A DNA stretch of 63,725 bases, the filler included, from Dugesia japonica (Eukaryota): assembly GCA_001938525.1 (NCBI GenBank). It is 5 parts of 5 records of this genome, joined end to end, with 100 filler letters (N's around TTAATTAATTAA, not from the genome) between each part and the next. Parts side by side here need not be neighbours in the genome. Positions count along the whole stretch, not along the records: positions 55,361 to 63,725 come from MQRL01633968.1; 4 more parts are not named here. One strand, given 5' to 3'. Positions 63,353 to 63,725 of this stretch are shown here, one piece after another; position 1 is the stretch's first letter, and each line of letters starts with the position of its first letter. Below the pieces are notes generated by a model. The model ran no database searches. It saw only the letters and a list, made by a program, of their open reading frames with translations, and was not told where the DNA came from. The position numbers and the translations under genes were made by a program.

Positions 63353-63665
63353 GACAATTAAACGGCTTTTATCAAAATATTTTTTTGTTACTGGCAGTAA
63401 TTCGAATTACTAACAACCAAAACAACATTTTGGCTGAAGCCTTTTATTTTATTGAAATATTAAAATTTAATTACAAATTATTGTAAATAATTTATAAAAA
63501 TAATTAATGATTATACAAATTAGAATACGAAAATTTAAATTATACAAAATAAAAATATCAAAATATAAAATATTGAACATTAGAAAATACAAATATTTTG
63601 TAATTAAACATTTTTTCAAATTATTATAAGATCAAAATTTTTAAAATACAAAAATATTAACTTTC

Positions 63666-63667
<2 letters not shown>

Positions 63668-63725
<58 letters not shown>
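63668..63725. repeat. (TAA)n microsatellite
   Basis: Direct reading. Confidence 0.95.

Overview
Very AT-rich, repeat-dominated eukaryotic DNA. The very short introns and the transposon content suggest a flatworm/planarian, which is an inference. It is not one contiguous locus: four identical 100-bp linkers (44 N + TTAATTAATTAA + 44 N) join five unrelated scaffolds (1-14987, 15088-23220, 23321-35167, 35268-55260, 55361-63725). Host genes are a complete 5-exon cyclin K (minus, 42303-43410, introns 32-42 nt, one GC-AG) and one internal exon of a Siah/sina E3 ligase. The rest is mostly decayed mobile DNA: Ty3/Gypsy, Penelope-like, mariner, hAT and MITEs, plus a Polinton/Maverick remnant (protein-primed PolB, two accessory ORFs, AGTAG termini). 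The most striking system is a pair of related giant Ty3/Gypsy-like (Burro-like) LTR elements on the minus strand. One encodes, directly after Gag, an array of about 5 divergent ubiquitin-like domains with an LMRGG motif. The two share a ~1.2-kb non-coding leader with compensatory base changes, including a predicted H-type pseudoknot. One has a long LTR that appears to carry a spliced coiled-coil gene, and a third LTR-like segment at 52.6-54.3 kb looks similar. A 28S rRNA fragment broken at the R2 target site opens the window.
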